NCBI RefSeq assembly: GCF_018977255.1
Contig: NW_024704761.1
Coordinates: forward strand, 3,224,001-3,288,000
Length of the DNA stretch: 64,000 nt
From: Callorhinchus milii
Lineage: Eukaryota
Direction: 5' to 3'
The notes beneath the pieces are model-generated. The model was not told the origin of the DNA and searched no databases. It saw only the letters and a list, made by a program, of their open reading frames with translations. The position numbers were made by a program, and so were the translations under genes. Each line of letters begins with the position of its first letter. The first letter of the stretch is position 1. Below, in pieces: positions 25,053 through 39,016 of the stretch.

Positions 25053-27546
25053 TAATATTTAAACTCATCGAGGGCTTGATAATACCCAAGACGCGGGTGG
25101 GGGGTGGGGGGGGAATGAACGAACTGCCTCTTAGCAGCGTTCTGCCTGCGATCAGGAGTCCGCTGTTTTTGCGCTGAAAACAAAAACGAGCTTAAAATCT
25201 CCCTCACCTCGAATGACTCGCTCGACACGACAAGGGGGGGGGGGGAGGGAAGAACTAAAGCCAATGTAAACCACATCCGCAGATGTGCGGAGAGAGAGAG
25301 AGAGAGAGAGACAGAACGAGAGAGTGATGGAGAGAGAACAAGAAAAAAAAATCACCCTCAGGACTCAAGTCGTCAACCATTGCTCTCACACCTGAGCCCT
25401 TTGTTAATGACCTAATAAAATGGTCAGAGCAGAGAGCAACCATCCAGTTTACAGTTGGGGGACAGGCATTGTCAGTCACTTGCTCTCCCCACCAAAATTT
25501 GTGGGTTCAATAACACCATCCCCCCTCCCCCCCCCCACACACACACCCACACATTGGGGACATAATCCAGGTAGACGCTCCAGTGCACTCCTGGGGGTGG
25601 GTGGGGGGGGAAATAGCACTGGGTTTAAAGTTTAATCCGAAAAATGGGGTTGAAACGTTAAACCCAGGTCCCGTATTACACACCGCCCCCCCCCCCCCCC
25701 ACCAAACCCCAGTGGACATTAAAATCCACCGTTGGAAAAGAGAAGGGAGTTTCTTTCTCACACTGTTTCGATCACACTGCAGTTTGCTGAGAGACAGAGA
25801 GTTTAACGGTAACTTACAGGCATTTATTTATCTTCTCTGTAATAGAAACAAGTGACCCCCCCCCCCCCCCCCTCCCACCCCCATAGAAAAATGACTGTCC
25901 CTGGGTCTGGTTCTTAACGCTTGGCTGAACTGTTCGTTAGATTAAAAACAACAGATTTAAGTGGCTTCACGTGCTCTGCATCTGCCCGATGGCAATTCTC
26001 CGTCAAAATAATTATCCCAGCGTCACCTCATCTGCCTGGGCAGCCGTCCTCTTTCCCCAGTCAGTCTGCGCTCTTCTTCACACAGGAGCCAGTAACCTGC
26101 AAATGTCTCAACGCTACCCACTGGCGAGTGCAGTGTTCCCTCGTGCCCTCTGTTCCACCATCTGTGGCTGTGCCTTCCTCCACTATGCCTCGAAACTCTG
26201 GAACTCTCTCCCTCAATCCCTCCCCCTTGCCCCCTCCCCCCGTTCAAATCCCACACAGACCATCCTTTTCTTTCGTGCTTAAGGTCATCTCCCTCTTGAC
26301 TCGCTGTTAAGACTCCCCGAACTGTGAAGCGCTCCGGGACCCTACCCGGCACGAAGGATGCTGTATAAGTGCAAGTTGTTGTTGTTGTAGTGTCTGTGCA
26401 TTTGTAGGCAAACGTGGGTTTAGTTTAAGGCCCACGTTGGGGACTTTGAGCTCTTTCTTTCCGGTCAGACGGGCGTCCTGACATGGGCGGAAACCCATCT
26501 CGGTCAATCGCACGGTGAGGTTGCCCAGCGCAAACTGGCTGCCCCCGGAGAAACACAGTCACTACACCAGACAGCAACTCGCCGATAGCTTTGCGTGTCC
26601 TCCGAGAGTCGCTCTTGATCACGGGGGTTTAATTGCTCGCTCGCGCGGCCGCATTGACGTCACGACTGTGTGGGGCTGCGAATCTCTCAGGATTCAGAAA
26701 CCGCTGCCTGTCACTAAATTAAATTCAATTTAAATTAATCTCAGCCGGGGGTTGCCATCGGGTCTGACAGAACAGAGCGGCTCAGTCTGCACCAGCCCAG
26801 GGCACGAGTGGACGATGGGCTCTGAGGGTGGGGCTTTTTCGGTCACCGGCTCTCAGTAAATGTTTCCCGAGAGGCCGGTGAGAGAAACTCACCCACACAG
26901 CGCCCCAGAGAAGTGTCACAGAGCGCTTTGCAGCGCAAGATCAAAGCGAAGTGACTGTTATACACAGAGTGCCGCTAATCCCAGCCAGCGAGGGCGGGGA
27001 GGGGGTGTACAGACACACAGATACATACACACACATATATAATATATTAGACACAAGCACAAACTCCGATAACAAGTGTGCACAGATGAAATGAACGCCC
27101 CCTAAATCAGAGTGTGGGCTTGAAACATTAATTGGACACGGCAGAGTTTAAATAATTTGATGAGGGTCATAAACAGATAATGTGAGGAGGCGAACCCCGA
27201 TGAACAGATTTGTGGGTCCGCAGGGAACTTAAAATGGATGAAAAAAGGAAACGGGCGATAAATCGGTTCAAGTGCAAATCATTCGCCTTCCGAACGAGGG
27301 AGATTTACAGCTGACAACCCCACCAACACCGACCGGTCGGTCACATAGCGTAACATCTCGGAACGCTGAGGAATATCAGCCGGGACCCCCGCTCCGCACC
27401 GAATAACACCTCACAGCCTCAAACCTACCTCGAGCATCTAGCAATCTGTCTGTCCCCCCCCCACCTCCACTCCTCCCCCCACCCCCCCCCACCCCGGACC
27501 TCTATCAGTGGAAATCGATTTCCTTTGTGAACATTTTAACACTGAC

Positions 27547-27552
27547 TTTATT
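27547..27552 (-). terminator. Probable SLC25A10 poly(A) signal
   Basis: AATAAA on - strand about 490 nt past the SLC25A10 stop codon. Confidence 0.5.
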
Positions 27553-28043
27553 CCAAAACTGAAACATAATATACAGCACATTGTTCCCAGGGCAGCAACA
27601 CGAGTCGATGCGAGAGGGGGATGGAGAGGCACTTGGGAAGCAACGGGAATGCGGGAATGGGGGGGGGGGGGTGGGGGGAAGACCGGAAAAATTGTGGACG
27701 AGACGGATAAACGGGATAAGACGATGGAACGGGCTCGTTGAACCTAAAAGTCCTGCTCTGGTTCCTGTGACAGAGGCCGGGATCCCAACGGGCGTTCCCG
27801 GAATTCATCCCAAATCCAGCTGGAATACCACTGGACGGGTTTAAACCGAAACATTCCCGGGGCAGGGGAAGGGGGGGGGGGGAGGGGGGAGAGGAGGTGA
27901 AGGGGGGGCTGTAATTTGGTAAGTTAATTGGCAAATTAGTGGATTTTTTTAATATTAAAAAATGTGGTTAAACTATTAAAGTTAGAGGTCAGGCTGCACC
28001 CCCCCCCCCCACCCCCCCCCACCACCATCACCCCCGAGGGGAA

Positions 28044-31000
28044 TCATGTGACCTCCAGCCCGAAGTGTTTCCTCAGCTGTTCCAGGAAGACGAACGTCAG
28101 GACTGTGTGAGGCACGAGACGGATCCCAGCGGGAACGAGGCCCTGGAACAGAAACGGCGGCTGTTTTTACTCCGGGAATCCCTACCCCCCCCCCCCCCCA
28201 CCCGCCCCTGGTCTCCTCGCCAATTGGGGAACGGTTTCACTGGCGCCCCCTACAGGCCACTGTTGGTGACTCAACCCACCACTGTTTGTGGGGACGCTGC
28301 TGTGCGCAATTCGCCCACAAAACATACAGTCAATTCACCTTTCAGCGTATCCTGTGAAGCGCTTTGAGGCGTCTCGAAGACGTGATCAGGCGCCGTGTCA
28401 AATGCAGCAAAAGATTATTACAATTATCATTGTGCGGGGTCTTACGTTCAGGGTCGGTGGGTTATGACAATGGGGGTGAGGGCAGGAGAGGGGCAGTAGA
28501 GGGGGATGTTGAACTCCTGCCGTGCACCCACCCGGGGGGGAAATTCTGGAGAACCACTGGCTGATTTCCACGCTCCCCAACTGTGGGGGGGGGGGGGGGG
28601 GGGGAGTGTCAATCATGAACCCTCCCGCCTGGGAGATTGAGTTCATCACAGTAACTAATGGGGGGGGGGGGGGGGAAGTAGGGGGAAACCAAAACTCAAC
28701 CCTCCCCTCATCCAGACCACAGACCGGGGACCGCAACGGGTGACCTAAACCAGCTCCGTTACCTTATAGAAGCCGAGCGGCCCCAGGCGGGAGGTCACCA
28801 TCGCGCAGTGCAGCACTCCCTAAAGGCAGAGAGAAGAGTCACAGCCTGTAAACCCGGCCATTACACCCCCCGCCCCCCTCCCCCAACCCAGCCCTCGATC
28901 CCCCCCAAACCCCAGCCTGCACACCACCCCCACCCCCACACCGTGCCCTCGCTCCCCCCCACCACACGCCCCCAAGCCCAGGGCACAGTCTGTCCGTACC
29001 CGATATTCTCCTTGCGAGTTCATCAGCCGAGTCTTCAGCACGTCCAGAGGTTGGCACAAAATTGTGGCACATCCTCCCTGAGCGCAGAGAACAGTGTTAG
29101 TCACACCCGCTCACCCCCACCCCTCCTGCTCACGCCCGCCTGTGCCCGCCCGCCCGCCCCCAGGCTGACTCACCGCGATGAAGCTGGATAGGAAGTGGGT
29201 CAGGAAGTTGTCGGACAGGAAGCCGGTGGCCAGGACCAGCTGCTTCGCTTGGTCGTAGCAGGCGAGCTGGGGGAAGAGGGAAGGCGTTACACTCAAACAG
29301 TCACTACACTTTCAACAACAACAACTTGCATTTATATAGCGTTCCGGAGCATCTCGCACTCCCTCCTCCCCCACCCCCCCCCACTCTCCCGGTGCTGTCA
29401 CTAAGTGCCCGGGCTCAGTGTCAGTTCCCCTCCCGCACTGGGCTGTACCTGACCGATGGTGACCAGAGCCCCGCGACTCGAGGCCATTGTTGCTCCTGAG
29501 AAAAGCTTCTTCAGGCCCTCTGTGGGTGTGAGAAAGAGAGGGAGAGAGTGTTACTGGGGGTGAGTGAGCGAGAGCATGGGGGGAAGTGGGGGGGGGGTTG
29601 AGAAGAGGGCGCGTAGGGGTTGGGGGGGGGGGGTGTAAAAACAGTGAACAAGGTGGTGGGAAGCAGCAATCGCTGTGAGGACCCCGGCTCCACGATAGGG
29701 ACTCACCTTCCCGGAAAACTCGGAAAATCCCGTCCACGGCGTGTTTGTAACTGCGGGAACAACGCAAACAGAGAAACCATCAGCCAATAATAATAATAAT
29801 AATAACGATCGTTGCATTTGATATCGCACCTTATCACATCGCTGAGACCTCAACAGCATCAGCCACCCCCACCCTCCTCCCCCTCAAACATGTCTCCCCT
29901 CACCTCCCCCCCACCCCGTCAACCACACGCACACCAGGACGAGGGACAATCGCACTATTTGGGATAAACTTACTTTCTCCGGAGATGCGTTGGAAGCTTC
30001 ATATCGTTCTGCATTCTGGTGGTGGGGGGGAAAAGAAAAAAAAAGTGGGTAAAATCCCTCTGGATCGTCGCAGATTCCCAAACTCAGACGCTTTTCCCAG
30101 TCTTGGTGTCACCGAGCTCAGTCTCAAGTCTCTCGGATATTTTTGGGGGGTGGGGGGGTGGGGAAGGAAAAGGACGCCCGCTCCGGGGGTCAGAATAACT
30201 CGTTGACCATGTTTTTGATCTCCCCCACCCCCACCCCCCACACCGCCCCCACCCCCCCCACTGCCCTCCCCAATCCTGACCCCCAACTCAGGTCCAAACC
30301 TCTTGTCTGTCCAATGCCTTGGGACGTCTTCTCGTATACAGTGCAACAGCGCCGCCCCGTGGCCCAACCCTAGAACTGCAGGGCATCATTTATAATAATA
30401 ATCCTTCCATTTGATACAGCGCCTCATCTCGTCGTTGAGACGGTGCAAAGCCGTTCACAGAATATACTGTAAAGTGGAGTGACTGTGTCTTTTAGGGGCC
30501 AAACACGGCCGCCAATTGTGCCGAGCAGTGTCCCACCAACAGTCGTGGATTGAAGTGACCAATTTATTTACTTGGGAGGGATTATTAACCCCATCAATAC
30601 AACAACAACAACAACAAGATTCCATTTATTGAGCGCCTTTCACGTCGGGAGGACGTCCCAAGGCGCTGTACAGTTGGGTCAGGACCCGAGCAGGGGGGAA
30701 ATGGTCAGGGTGAGGGGAGGGAAGGGAGGGAGCGAGGAGGGGGTAGAGAGTCGATAATAATAATAATATAATAATAATAAATAACCAGAATTTCTCAAAG
30801 ATCTTTAAGTGATTTAACTGTGAAGGTTAGAGACTGTGAATTTTTGCTACTGAATGAACGCAGCTGACTCACCTCACGTTCACCATGTCGGCTGGCGTTC
30901 CTACAAAGCCCCCGGTGAATCCTGTGGGTGACAAATATCAAAGCCGGTTAAAAGGGGTCACTCCTGATCGGGAGACTCGTACATCAGCGGGGAGGGGGAT

Positions 31001-34000
31001 TTAAAGAGAACAGAACCTAGGATAATTCCCCCTCCACCCCCACTGATGTGAAGGGGTTCTGCATAACCCCACCACGAAGATGTGATTCCATGCTGTGGTT
31101 GTGAAATACTCTGTCAAGATGGCACTGCCCCTTTAAAACTGTCCTGGGGTCAAACCAGCGACTGTCCGACTCCCCGATAGGGCTCCGTCTCATGTAAAAT
31201 GGGGGAGCGGACTGGTTGAGGGGGCAAAAAGCATAAAACATCCAAAACTTTGTCGGCCTTAAATGGAACTTCTGCAGTAGGCTATACGGTGGGGGGTGGG
31301 GGAGGGGGAAGCATCGGGAGCTGTTCACGGAGGTCCTCGGAATATAAGGTTTTAAGGGGTCACAGCCTTAAAATCAGAAGCAGCCCTTTTGCACTGAGTT
31401 GAGGAAGAACTTCTTCACTCAAAGAGCGGTGAATATATGGAACTCACTACCCCAAAGGGCTGTTGACACTCAGTCCTTGAACATATTCAAGACTGAGATA
31501 GATACATTTCTTATTGCAAAAGGGATTAAGGGATATGGGGATAAGGGAGGGTTATGGTATTAGCTGGCGTTAGATTAGAAGATCAGCCATGATTGAATGG
31601 CGGGGCAGGCTTGAAGGGCTGAATGGCCTCCTCCTGTTCCTACATGTTAATTTATAAAGCGTTATATCAAATGTAAGGATTATTTTTATTTCCCGATTTC
31701 CCCAATTCCCAGTCGCCTCTCCTGCAAACCCACCAACCGCCACAGAACGGCAGCATTGCTCTGCCATTCACCGCCTCACTGCAAATGTGGGAACACATGG
31801 ACAAAGATCCCCCCACCCCAGGGGGACAGAGACACACACACACTCATCCCACCCCAAGGAACAAACATACAGGCATGCGGACGTGCAGAGACAAAGACAG
31901 ACAGACAGACAGACAACAAATTACATTTGTACAGCGCCTTTCACGTTGGGAGGACGTCCTGTACGATTGTGTTTATGATTTTACTGTTTTTAATTTGTAC
32001 ACTTTTAGAACATAACCAAATATTTATCTTTTTAGTACAGCAATGCTTAGTTACCAGGACATGCACACGATTGTGTGTTTTAATCACTAACCCAACCTGA
32101 GAGGGTACATGTGCCAATTAGCAAAGGTAAAGGTGTGTTGACTTGACCTCGGCTGAGATCGGGTTCTGATAACTTTCCCCAACACCTGTATTGGGTAAAG
32201 TCTCTTTCTGGCGAACCTTCCCGCCCTGAGGCGCTGGACACAGACGCAGACACAGACGGACGGTATCGAACACTGACCTCCGAAAGCTCCCAGCAGCACT
32301 TTCTGGTAGAAGGGGAGGGGGCGGTCGCTGCCGCCGGTCGCTCGGTCTCTCACCGTCTCGTAAATGGCGAAGCGCGTCAGGGAGTAGGTCAACTGCGGCC
32401 GAGAATTAGAGAATCAGCGCGACAGGAACCACATCTCCCCCGGGCAACACCCAGTACACTCCCAGTTTGCTGGGCAGGATTCCCCCAAAAGATTATACCC
32501 GCACATCACCCCCATTGGCACCACGCCCACAAAATACACAGTCACTCCACTTTACAGTACATCCTATGAAGCGCTTTGGGACTCCTCGATGACGGGATAA
32601 GGCGCTGTATCAAATGCAAAGCTGATGATTATTATTATTATTTAGCCGGCTGGGATTTAATAGGATTTATTACCAGGCAGCAAAGCTTTGTGGGCTCCGG
32701 GAGAGGGGTGGGAGGTGGGGAATGAGGGGTAATTAAGACACTGAGGAAGTTCAGTTGATGATTTTATAAGATGGAAACTCCGTAGCTTTCTGATGATTCT
32801 TCTGTACAGGGCATCGACCGACAGAGAGAGAAAGAGAGAGTAAAAAGAGAGAATGAGTGCAGAAAAATAGAGAGGGAGTAAAAAGAGAGAGTAACAAGAA
32901 TGAGGGAGAGAGAGAGAGAGAGAGAGAGAACAAGGCTGACCTGTCTGCAGAGTGAGGCACTCAGACCGTTGTACAGTGCCAGGAACCCATCGGTCCTGAT
33001 CACGTGTCCGGCCATCCCCAACATCCTCATCCTCACCTCCTGCTGCGTCTGCAGGTGGACCTGTCGCAACCAGAGAGAAGTTTACAGCAAACAGTAACAT
33101 CAGCAACAAACAATAACAACCACTCACTAACAAAGTTACCAAATTAATAGATAAACAATAATAACCCTTTCATTTCACGCGGCGCCTTTCAATTCAGTGA
33201 GACGCATCAAAAGCAATTTGGATTTATATAGCGCCCGCCACGCTGGACGGCACCTCAGAGCGCTTTACAGGATTTACTGTAAAGTGCAGTGACTGTACGA
33301 TTTGCAGGTGAATCTAGCAGCTAATTTGCCCACAGCAAATTTCTCTCAAAGAGAAAGGGATGGAGCACAAAGCTCCTAATGTGAAAGCCTATGCGTATCA
33401 AAGGTTAGCATGATTATTAAGTGTTGTCTCATGTGTCTACCTCATTGTAGACACCTAGACCTTGCCCTTGTTTTACTTTTCCTGTTCTGTTCCTCTAGAA
33501 ACCTCTGAGGAACCTCTCTCTCTCTCTCTCACTTTTACCACTGCCTTTGCTCAACGCTCTTAATCACCCCATCCCTCGCTTTCTATCACCATCCGGTCTT
33601 GTCTTGGTTTAACATCTCATCCGTTCTCCTGATGTGAAAGGCGCTGTGTACACACACAGCGAGTGATCTGTGTGGACGGAGATCAGCTGACTGATTTCTG
33701 AGCCGAGGGAGAACTTGGGACCCTCGAGGTTCAAACAGCTTAACAGCCCGTGACGGTAATTGGCAAAAGAACCAGAGGGGAACGGCGAGAAATTCTTTCA
33801 CCCAGAGAGTTGGTGAGGTCTGGAATGCGCTTCCTGAAAGGGTGGGGGGAAGCAGATTCGACAATACTGTGGCTTTCGAATGGGAATTGGATAGATACTT
33901 AAAAAGGAAAAAGTTTGCAGGGCTATGAGGTGAGAGCGGGAATAGTTAGTGGCTCTTTTAAAGACCCGGCACAGGCACGACGGGCCAAGTTGCCTCCTTC

Positions 34001-34972
34001 TGTGCTGTGCTGTACGATTCTAACAGCCTGAGTGGACCCAGTAGAGGTGTCGGAAGCCATGTCTCTGCTCTCGCTCTGAACGCTCCGAGATACTACCCCG
34101 CGTGTCGCGTGCGATATAAACACAAGCTGTTGTTTTTGTTGTTGTATCAATTGAACGGAATCAATCTCCGAATCCACAGAGTCTTCCCGCTGGGCACCAG
34201 GCTCGCTCGCTGAGCTTGCCGACCTACGGGCACGCAGTCACTACACCCGCCGGCAATTCCGTGCGAGACGTCGCTTCGAAGGCTATCGGTTTCCCCTCCC
34301 CCCCCACCACCACCACCACCACACTCTTTCGGGGGAATGGGGGGGGGGGGGGGAGGCAAATCCCAATTCACTGCCTTAAAACGATACGCAAGAGATGATT
34401 TATTCCTCCGTCGCCGGCTCGGATCACAGCGACTCGGTGGCTTTGTTGAGCCAATCCTCACCCTGCGCGCCAGTACCCCGGGCGCAACCCGGGTGCGTCG
34501 CCCTGCAACGTTGTGTGTTGGGGGGGGGACGGGCGCTCTCTCCCGGTATCTCCCCACCCCCACCACTCCCGGTTCCTCTTTCGGATCCGAACCGTTTAAC
34601 GCAGCCCGCAGGACAAGTCGTCAGCGAGCCCTCTTGGCCGAGAGGTCACACCCTTCCTTAACCCTACGAGGCGGGACACTCTCGCTCATTCAGTCATTTA
34701 GTCTTCCCTGGTGCAATCTGCAATTTCCTCCCTCCTTTTTTTTTTAAACCCCCCACCCCCCCCTTTTTCTCCCCTAAAAAAAAAACCCAATTGGAACAAG
34801 AGAAGAGACCTTTCTACCCCCTCCCTCTCCCCCTCTCCCCCTCTCTCTCCTGAGCTGCAAAGGAACAGTCACTCACCTTCACCAAGTCCAGTGGGTGGGT
34901 ACAACACGCTGCTCCACAGGATGCCAACCCACCAAAGTACCACCTGGAGACTCGCTTTCTCTTCTCACCCAT
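28044..34972 (-). CDS. SLC25A10: Mitochondrial dicarboxylate carrier, 11 exons, 287 aa
   Basis: Exons 34877-34972, 32941-33060, 32278-32392, 30873-30921, 29974-30015, 29707-29750, 29449-29519, 29174-29266, 29000-29077, 28763-28819, 28044-28142 (864 nt, all GT-AG). Motifs SRWYFGGLASCGAACCTHPLDLVK, TPADMVNVRMQND, QPLDVLKTR and a C-terminus ending LEQLRKHFGLEVT*. Confidence 0.96.
31355..31643 (+). mobile_element. CR1 LINE 3' fragment
   Basis: GGGGTCACAGCCTTAAAAT..TTCTTCACTCAAAGAGCGGTGAATATATGGAAC and the same 3' end as the 18783 copy. Confidence 0.85.
33720..34022 (+). mobile_element. CR1 LINE 3' fragment (different subfamily)
   Basis: TTCACCCAGAGAGTTGGTGAGGTCTGGAATGCGCTTCCTGAAAGGGTG and 3' end CCTCCTTCTGTGCTGT..GATTCTA. 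Confidence 0.75.
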
Positions 34973-35191
34973 ATTGCCCACAGCAGTGAATTGCTTTGCT
35001 CTGAATTGTTGGGGTATCTCCCCCACTCCTTCCCCTTTCCCTTTCCCTCTCCTCTTCCTCCTCCTCCTCCTCTCCTCCTCTCCTGCTCTGTGCTCTCTGA
35101 TTCCTCCCTTTTCTCTCCTCCCTTTATAACCAATGCTGTAAAGAAAAATCGAAAGGAAGGTGGAGTGGAGGGGGGGATGGGGGCAGAGTCC

Positions 35192-35290
35192 AGGGAGGGA
35201 GGGAGGGAGGGGTGGAGGGAAGGAGGGAGGGAGGGGTGGAGGGAAGGAGGGAGGGAGGGGTGGAGGGAAGGAGGGAGGGAGGGGTGGAGG
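35192..35290. repeat. 24-bp tandem repeat (GGAGGGAAGGAGGGAGGGAGGGGT), about 4 copies
   Basis: Directly visible polypurine repeat upstream of the SLC25A10 ATG. Confidence 0.85.
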
Positions 35291-35418
35291 TAAAACAGGA
35301 ACACACACGAACACACAGTGCAAAATTGCTTCCCCCCCAAAAAAAAACGCGTCTCTTTCAACGAAACGATGTGTCAGTTTCACAGCTGTTCAGTTAACAC
35401 CGAGAGATGTTTGCAACG

Positions 35419-35473
<55 letters not shown>

Positions 35474-35689
35474 TCTCTCTCTGTCTGTCACCTATTCCTT
35501 TTTTTTTGCTGCAAACGCGAGTTAACGCGAATCCCGCGGGTTGGGTTGAGAGGTCGGTGTTGCAATGCGCCACTCTCTCTCCTCTCTCTCTCTCTCTCTC
35601 CCCCTCCACTCCCTCTGTATGAATAACTTGCAAACGTGCGCTCACTGCAATGGGTCCCGGAGAGGGGGTGGGGGGGGGGGGGGAGGGGA

Positions 35690-36000
35690 GAGAGGGGGCG
35701 GGACCGCGCACACACACACACACACACACTGTGTTGGAACGTGGCCCGGGAGTGGGCGGCGCCGCCGTTGACCGACAGCGGCCGCGGCCAATCACCGCGC
35801 CGCTCGGCTCCGGCCCCGCCCACTGCTCAGAGCCTCAAGTCCCGCCTTCGCCTTCGCCCCGCCCCCCTCCCGCGGCTCGAGTCGCTCAGGTGGTGGTGGT
35901 GGGGGGGGGGTGGGGCGCGGAAGCGGGACTGACGCGCCGATTGGCCGCTGCGGCTGTCACTCAACGGGAGCGGAGGCTCTGATTGGCTCTCTCCTCTCCC
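35690..36000 (-). promoter_or_regulatory. CpG-island promoter of SLC25A10
   Basis: CpG-rich, with three CCAAT/ATTGG boxes (35788, 35940, 35982) and GC boxes (~35814, ~35857), upstream of the ATG at 34972. Confidence 0.65.
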
Positions 36001-38458
36001 CTCCCACTCCCCCCCCCCACTCTCAATGCTGCAGATGACTTGTGATTTGTCACCAATTCCGGATTCAAGAGATTAAAAAAAAATCATAACGCACGTGGGT
36101 CGACCTCTCTTTCTCTTTAGAAGCAGACGATCAACGAATTTTTTTGCCTATTAAAAAAAAACCGACGGCGGCTGCAATCGCACCCGGAGGAGGTGTCGAA
36201 AGTGTTGACCGGGCGGTGGCGGTGGTGGGGGGGTGTGGGGGTGTCGGGTAATAATGATTCTTGCATCTGACGCGCCGCCTTTCGAGCCGTCTCGAAAAGC
36301 GCTTCACGGAACACGACGTGAAGTGAACCGACTGTGCGTTTCGTGGGCGAGAGGTGGCAGCCGGTTTAGCCACAGCAAAGGTCCCGCAAACCGAGGGAGT
36401 GCGACCAATCTTATTTGTTGATTCGTGGCGCAGATCCGAGCAACTTTTGTTGTTTCTGTGATTGTTTTCTACCTGGTGCGTGAAATGCAAACAGCCCACC
36501 AGTGCGATAGGCACAGACTCTGAGCTCAAGTCCTGATGTTGTGCATCACCAATAAACAAGAGTTTGGGTTAAACGATAACCTCACATTTGCTTTATTTTG
36601 AAAGCCAACGAGGCACACTCAGCGGACACTGTGCTAACTCAGGGAAATGCCAGTGAGTTGGCCAGCCCTGGCAGGATGCTGCGGTAATCTACTGCTTTGT
36701 CCACCATCTGAGCTTGTTCTTGCGAATAATTTGATTCGATCCCCGGCTACAAATCAGTGCCGGGTTCCAAACTCCAGCGGGAAAGGGGTGGACGGGTTAC
36801 ATAACAGCGAAGGGAAAACGTGCAAAATGAGTGAATAGGGAAAATACACAGGGAGCAAACTAAACCCTATCAATGATTGGCCAGATTTACAACACAAGGC
36901 AGAACAAAGGATCCCATGGGTGGAGAGCCTGACAACAAATCAGTGGCTGCGGGGAAGGGGGTCGTTTGTGACCTTGTCAGTAGCGTCTCGGAGCCTGTAA
37001 ACAGTTGAGATGAGTACACAGGACAAGATATGCTTGGAATACTGAATGATGCAAATCTTTAACCCAAAAGTACAAGGCAAAACCTACTTGGGGAGGAGAG
37101 AAAGAGAGGATAAATGGAGCGATGCTCAGAGCAGGGGAGATGTTTGCAAACATACTGAATGCAGCAAATGTAACCTTGTACTTGCTGGTCAAGGACGTGC
37201 AGGTGAGGTTTTACAGTCGGTATGGCTGTAAAACCGCACTGGAATGGAGATTTAACAGCTGTGAACAAGCGACTATATATAGTCAGGCTCCACCCTTACA
37301 TGTCTGAGCCACAGTGCAAGAGGGTGCAATGCAGATTCACTAGAATGAGACACGATAGGCTGATTTGATTGTGAATTCTTCCACAGGAGCAGATACAAAT
37401 ATCTTTGAAGGAGCAAGATCAGATTAAATGGCAAATCCTGTCGCTCTGGTTGGGGAATCAGTGATGCATGTGGAGAGAGGTTAGTCTCAAGAACATTAAG
37501 AAAAGCAGCAGGTTAGAAGGAATTTCTGTTCTCAGAGGGTTGTTAGGGTGAGGAATTCTGCAGAACAGAGCTTTCCTTGTTCAAAGCGACCTCATTAGTG
37601 ACAGATAGAAATACGATTACATTTCTCCTGCTTGTCTTTTGATCAGCAGACGAGGGAGGCATTGCTTTTTGTTCTCCCACACTGGGCTGTGAGGGCCGTC
37701 AGATGGCGCTGTAGGTTACAGCAATGACCTTCCAGGGACAGAAACCAAGCAAGATTCCTCCCCAGACCAAGACAGGAAGTTTACCACCCACATATGAGGG
37801 AGACACGACTTGTGAGTGAGGAACGTACTAGCTCCTCCAGACAGCTGCACACAGACAGCAACAAATGTAGTCTCTTTCATTGGGAGCACTCTCTATCCAT
37901 ATGCCACAACCTTTCATGAAAGAAACGTATAAATAGGATTCTACTGGGAACCAGACATAGGTTACCCCAACTCCGGTCGAAAGCAATCTCCGGGGAGGAA
38001 TTCTAAAATGTCTTGCGCCTGGAATCCCACAAACAAACCAAACATCAATCACATAACTTAAATTATCCCAACAAAATGTCACAGTGATGGGAGAAGGTCA
38101 AGTGGTTAAATATAAAACAAAATCCACTTTTAATGCCACGTAAAGAGTGTCCGTCAAATCAACACGTCTCACCTTGTCTGGTCTGAAATTACACTTTACT
38201 TTCAGCACAGAGAGCACCCGGTGACAGGGAGACAGCACAGCCCCAAGCTAATCAGCCTCGGAGTTAGGGGGAGCAAAGAAAGGAAAAGAGAATTTTTTTT
38301 TGGTGGGGGGTGAAAATAGATTGAGATTTTGTTTCATGGGGAAGGTGGGTGGGGGTGGAGTGGGTAAAGAGAGGCCCCCGTACCTCAAAATAACTGAACT
38401 GCAACAACCGCAAGAATATTACATTCAACCGCTCAGCCCTCAAGCGTTATACATAAAC

Positions 38459-38464
38459 TTTATT
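38459..38464 (-). terminator. Probable MRPL12 poly(A) signal
   Basis: AATAAA on - strand about 550 nt past the MRPL12 stop codon. Confidence 0.5.
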
Positions 38465-39016
38465 TTACTCTAAAAGGCCTCAACCTATCTCAAAGCTGAA
38501 GCCGATATTCCACTATCCATAAAACGTTCTTGGAACTGGAGCCAATGCCTCCCTCTTTCCTGCTGGGAATGCCGCGCCTCCCAGTACTTTTGAGTTGACA
38601 GAAAATTCCAATGTTCATAATAACAGACCAGGATGAATGTCAGACGTGCTCGAGGTGCTGGGCTTCGTGGCTGTTCCTTGCGGTTTAACTTTGGACGAGA
38701 CGGGTGGAGGTCGTCTCGAGTTGCTGGACGGAACAGGTCTTTATAAGGCTTTTGCTTGAGGTAACGATCATCATTAGAGGCCACACACACGCGTGACATT
38801 CCCTCCCTGTAGCTCGTAGGGGGTGGAAGGGCGAGTTGTGTGCGAGGACACTCAAGACACACATCCAATAATCTGGTCAGTTTGACTTCCGAGTCCCATG
38901 ATGCAGTTCTAGCAACGGCTGTGAGGTGGGCCAGGCCCAGCAGATGGCAGACGGCGCTGGGTTACCTCCTCTGCAGCTCACCCAGGCCTGGGACCGACCG
39001 GACAGAGACAAGAGCC

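Noticed and set aside
26655-26662. Perfect CRE palindrome TGACGTCA upstream of GCGR
   Set aside because: A single 8-mer is expected by chance in 64 kb; no conservation data support it.
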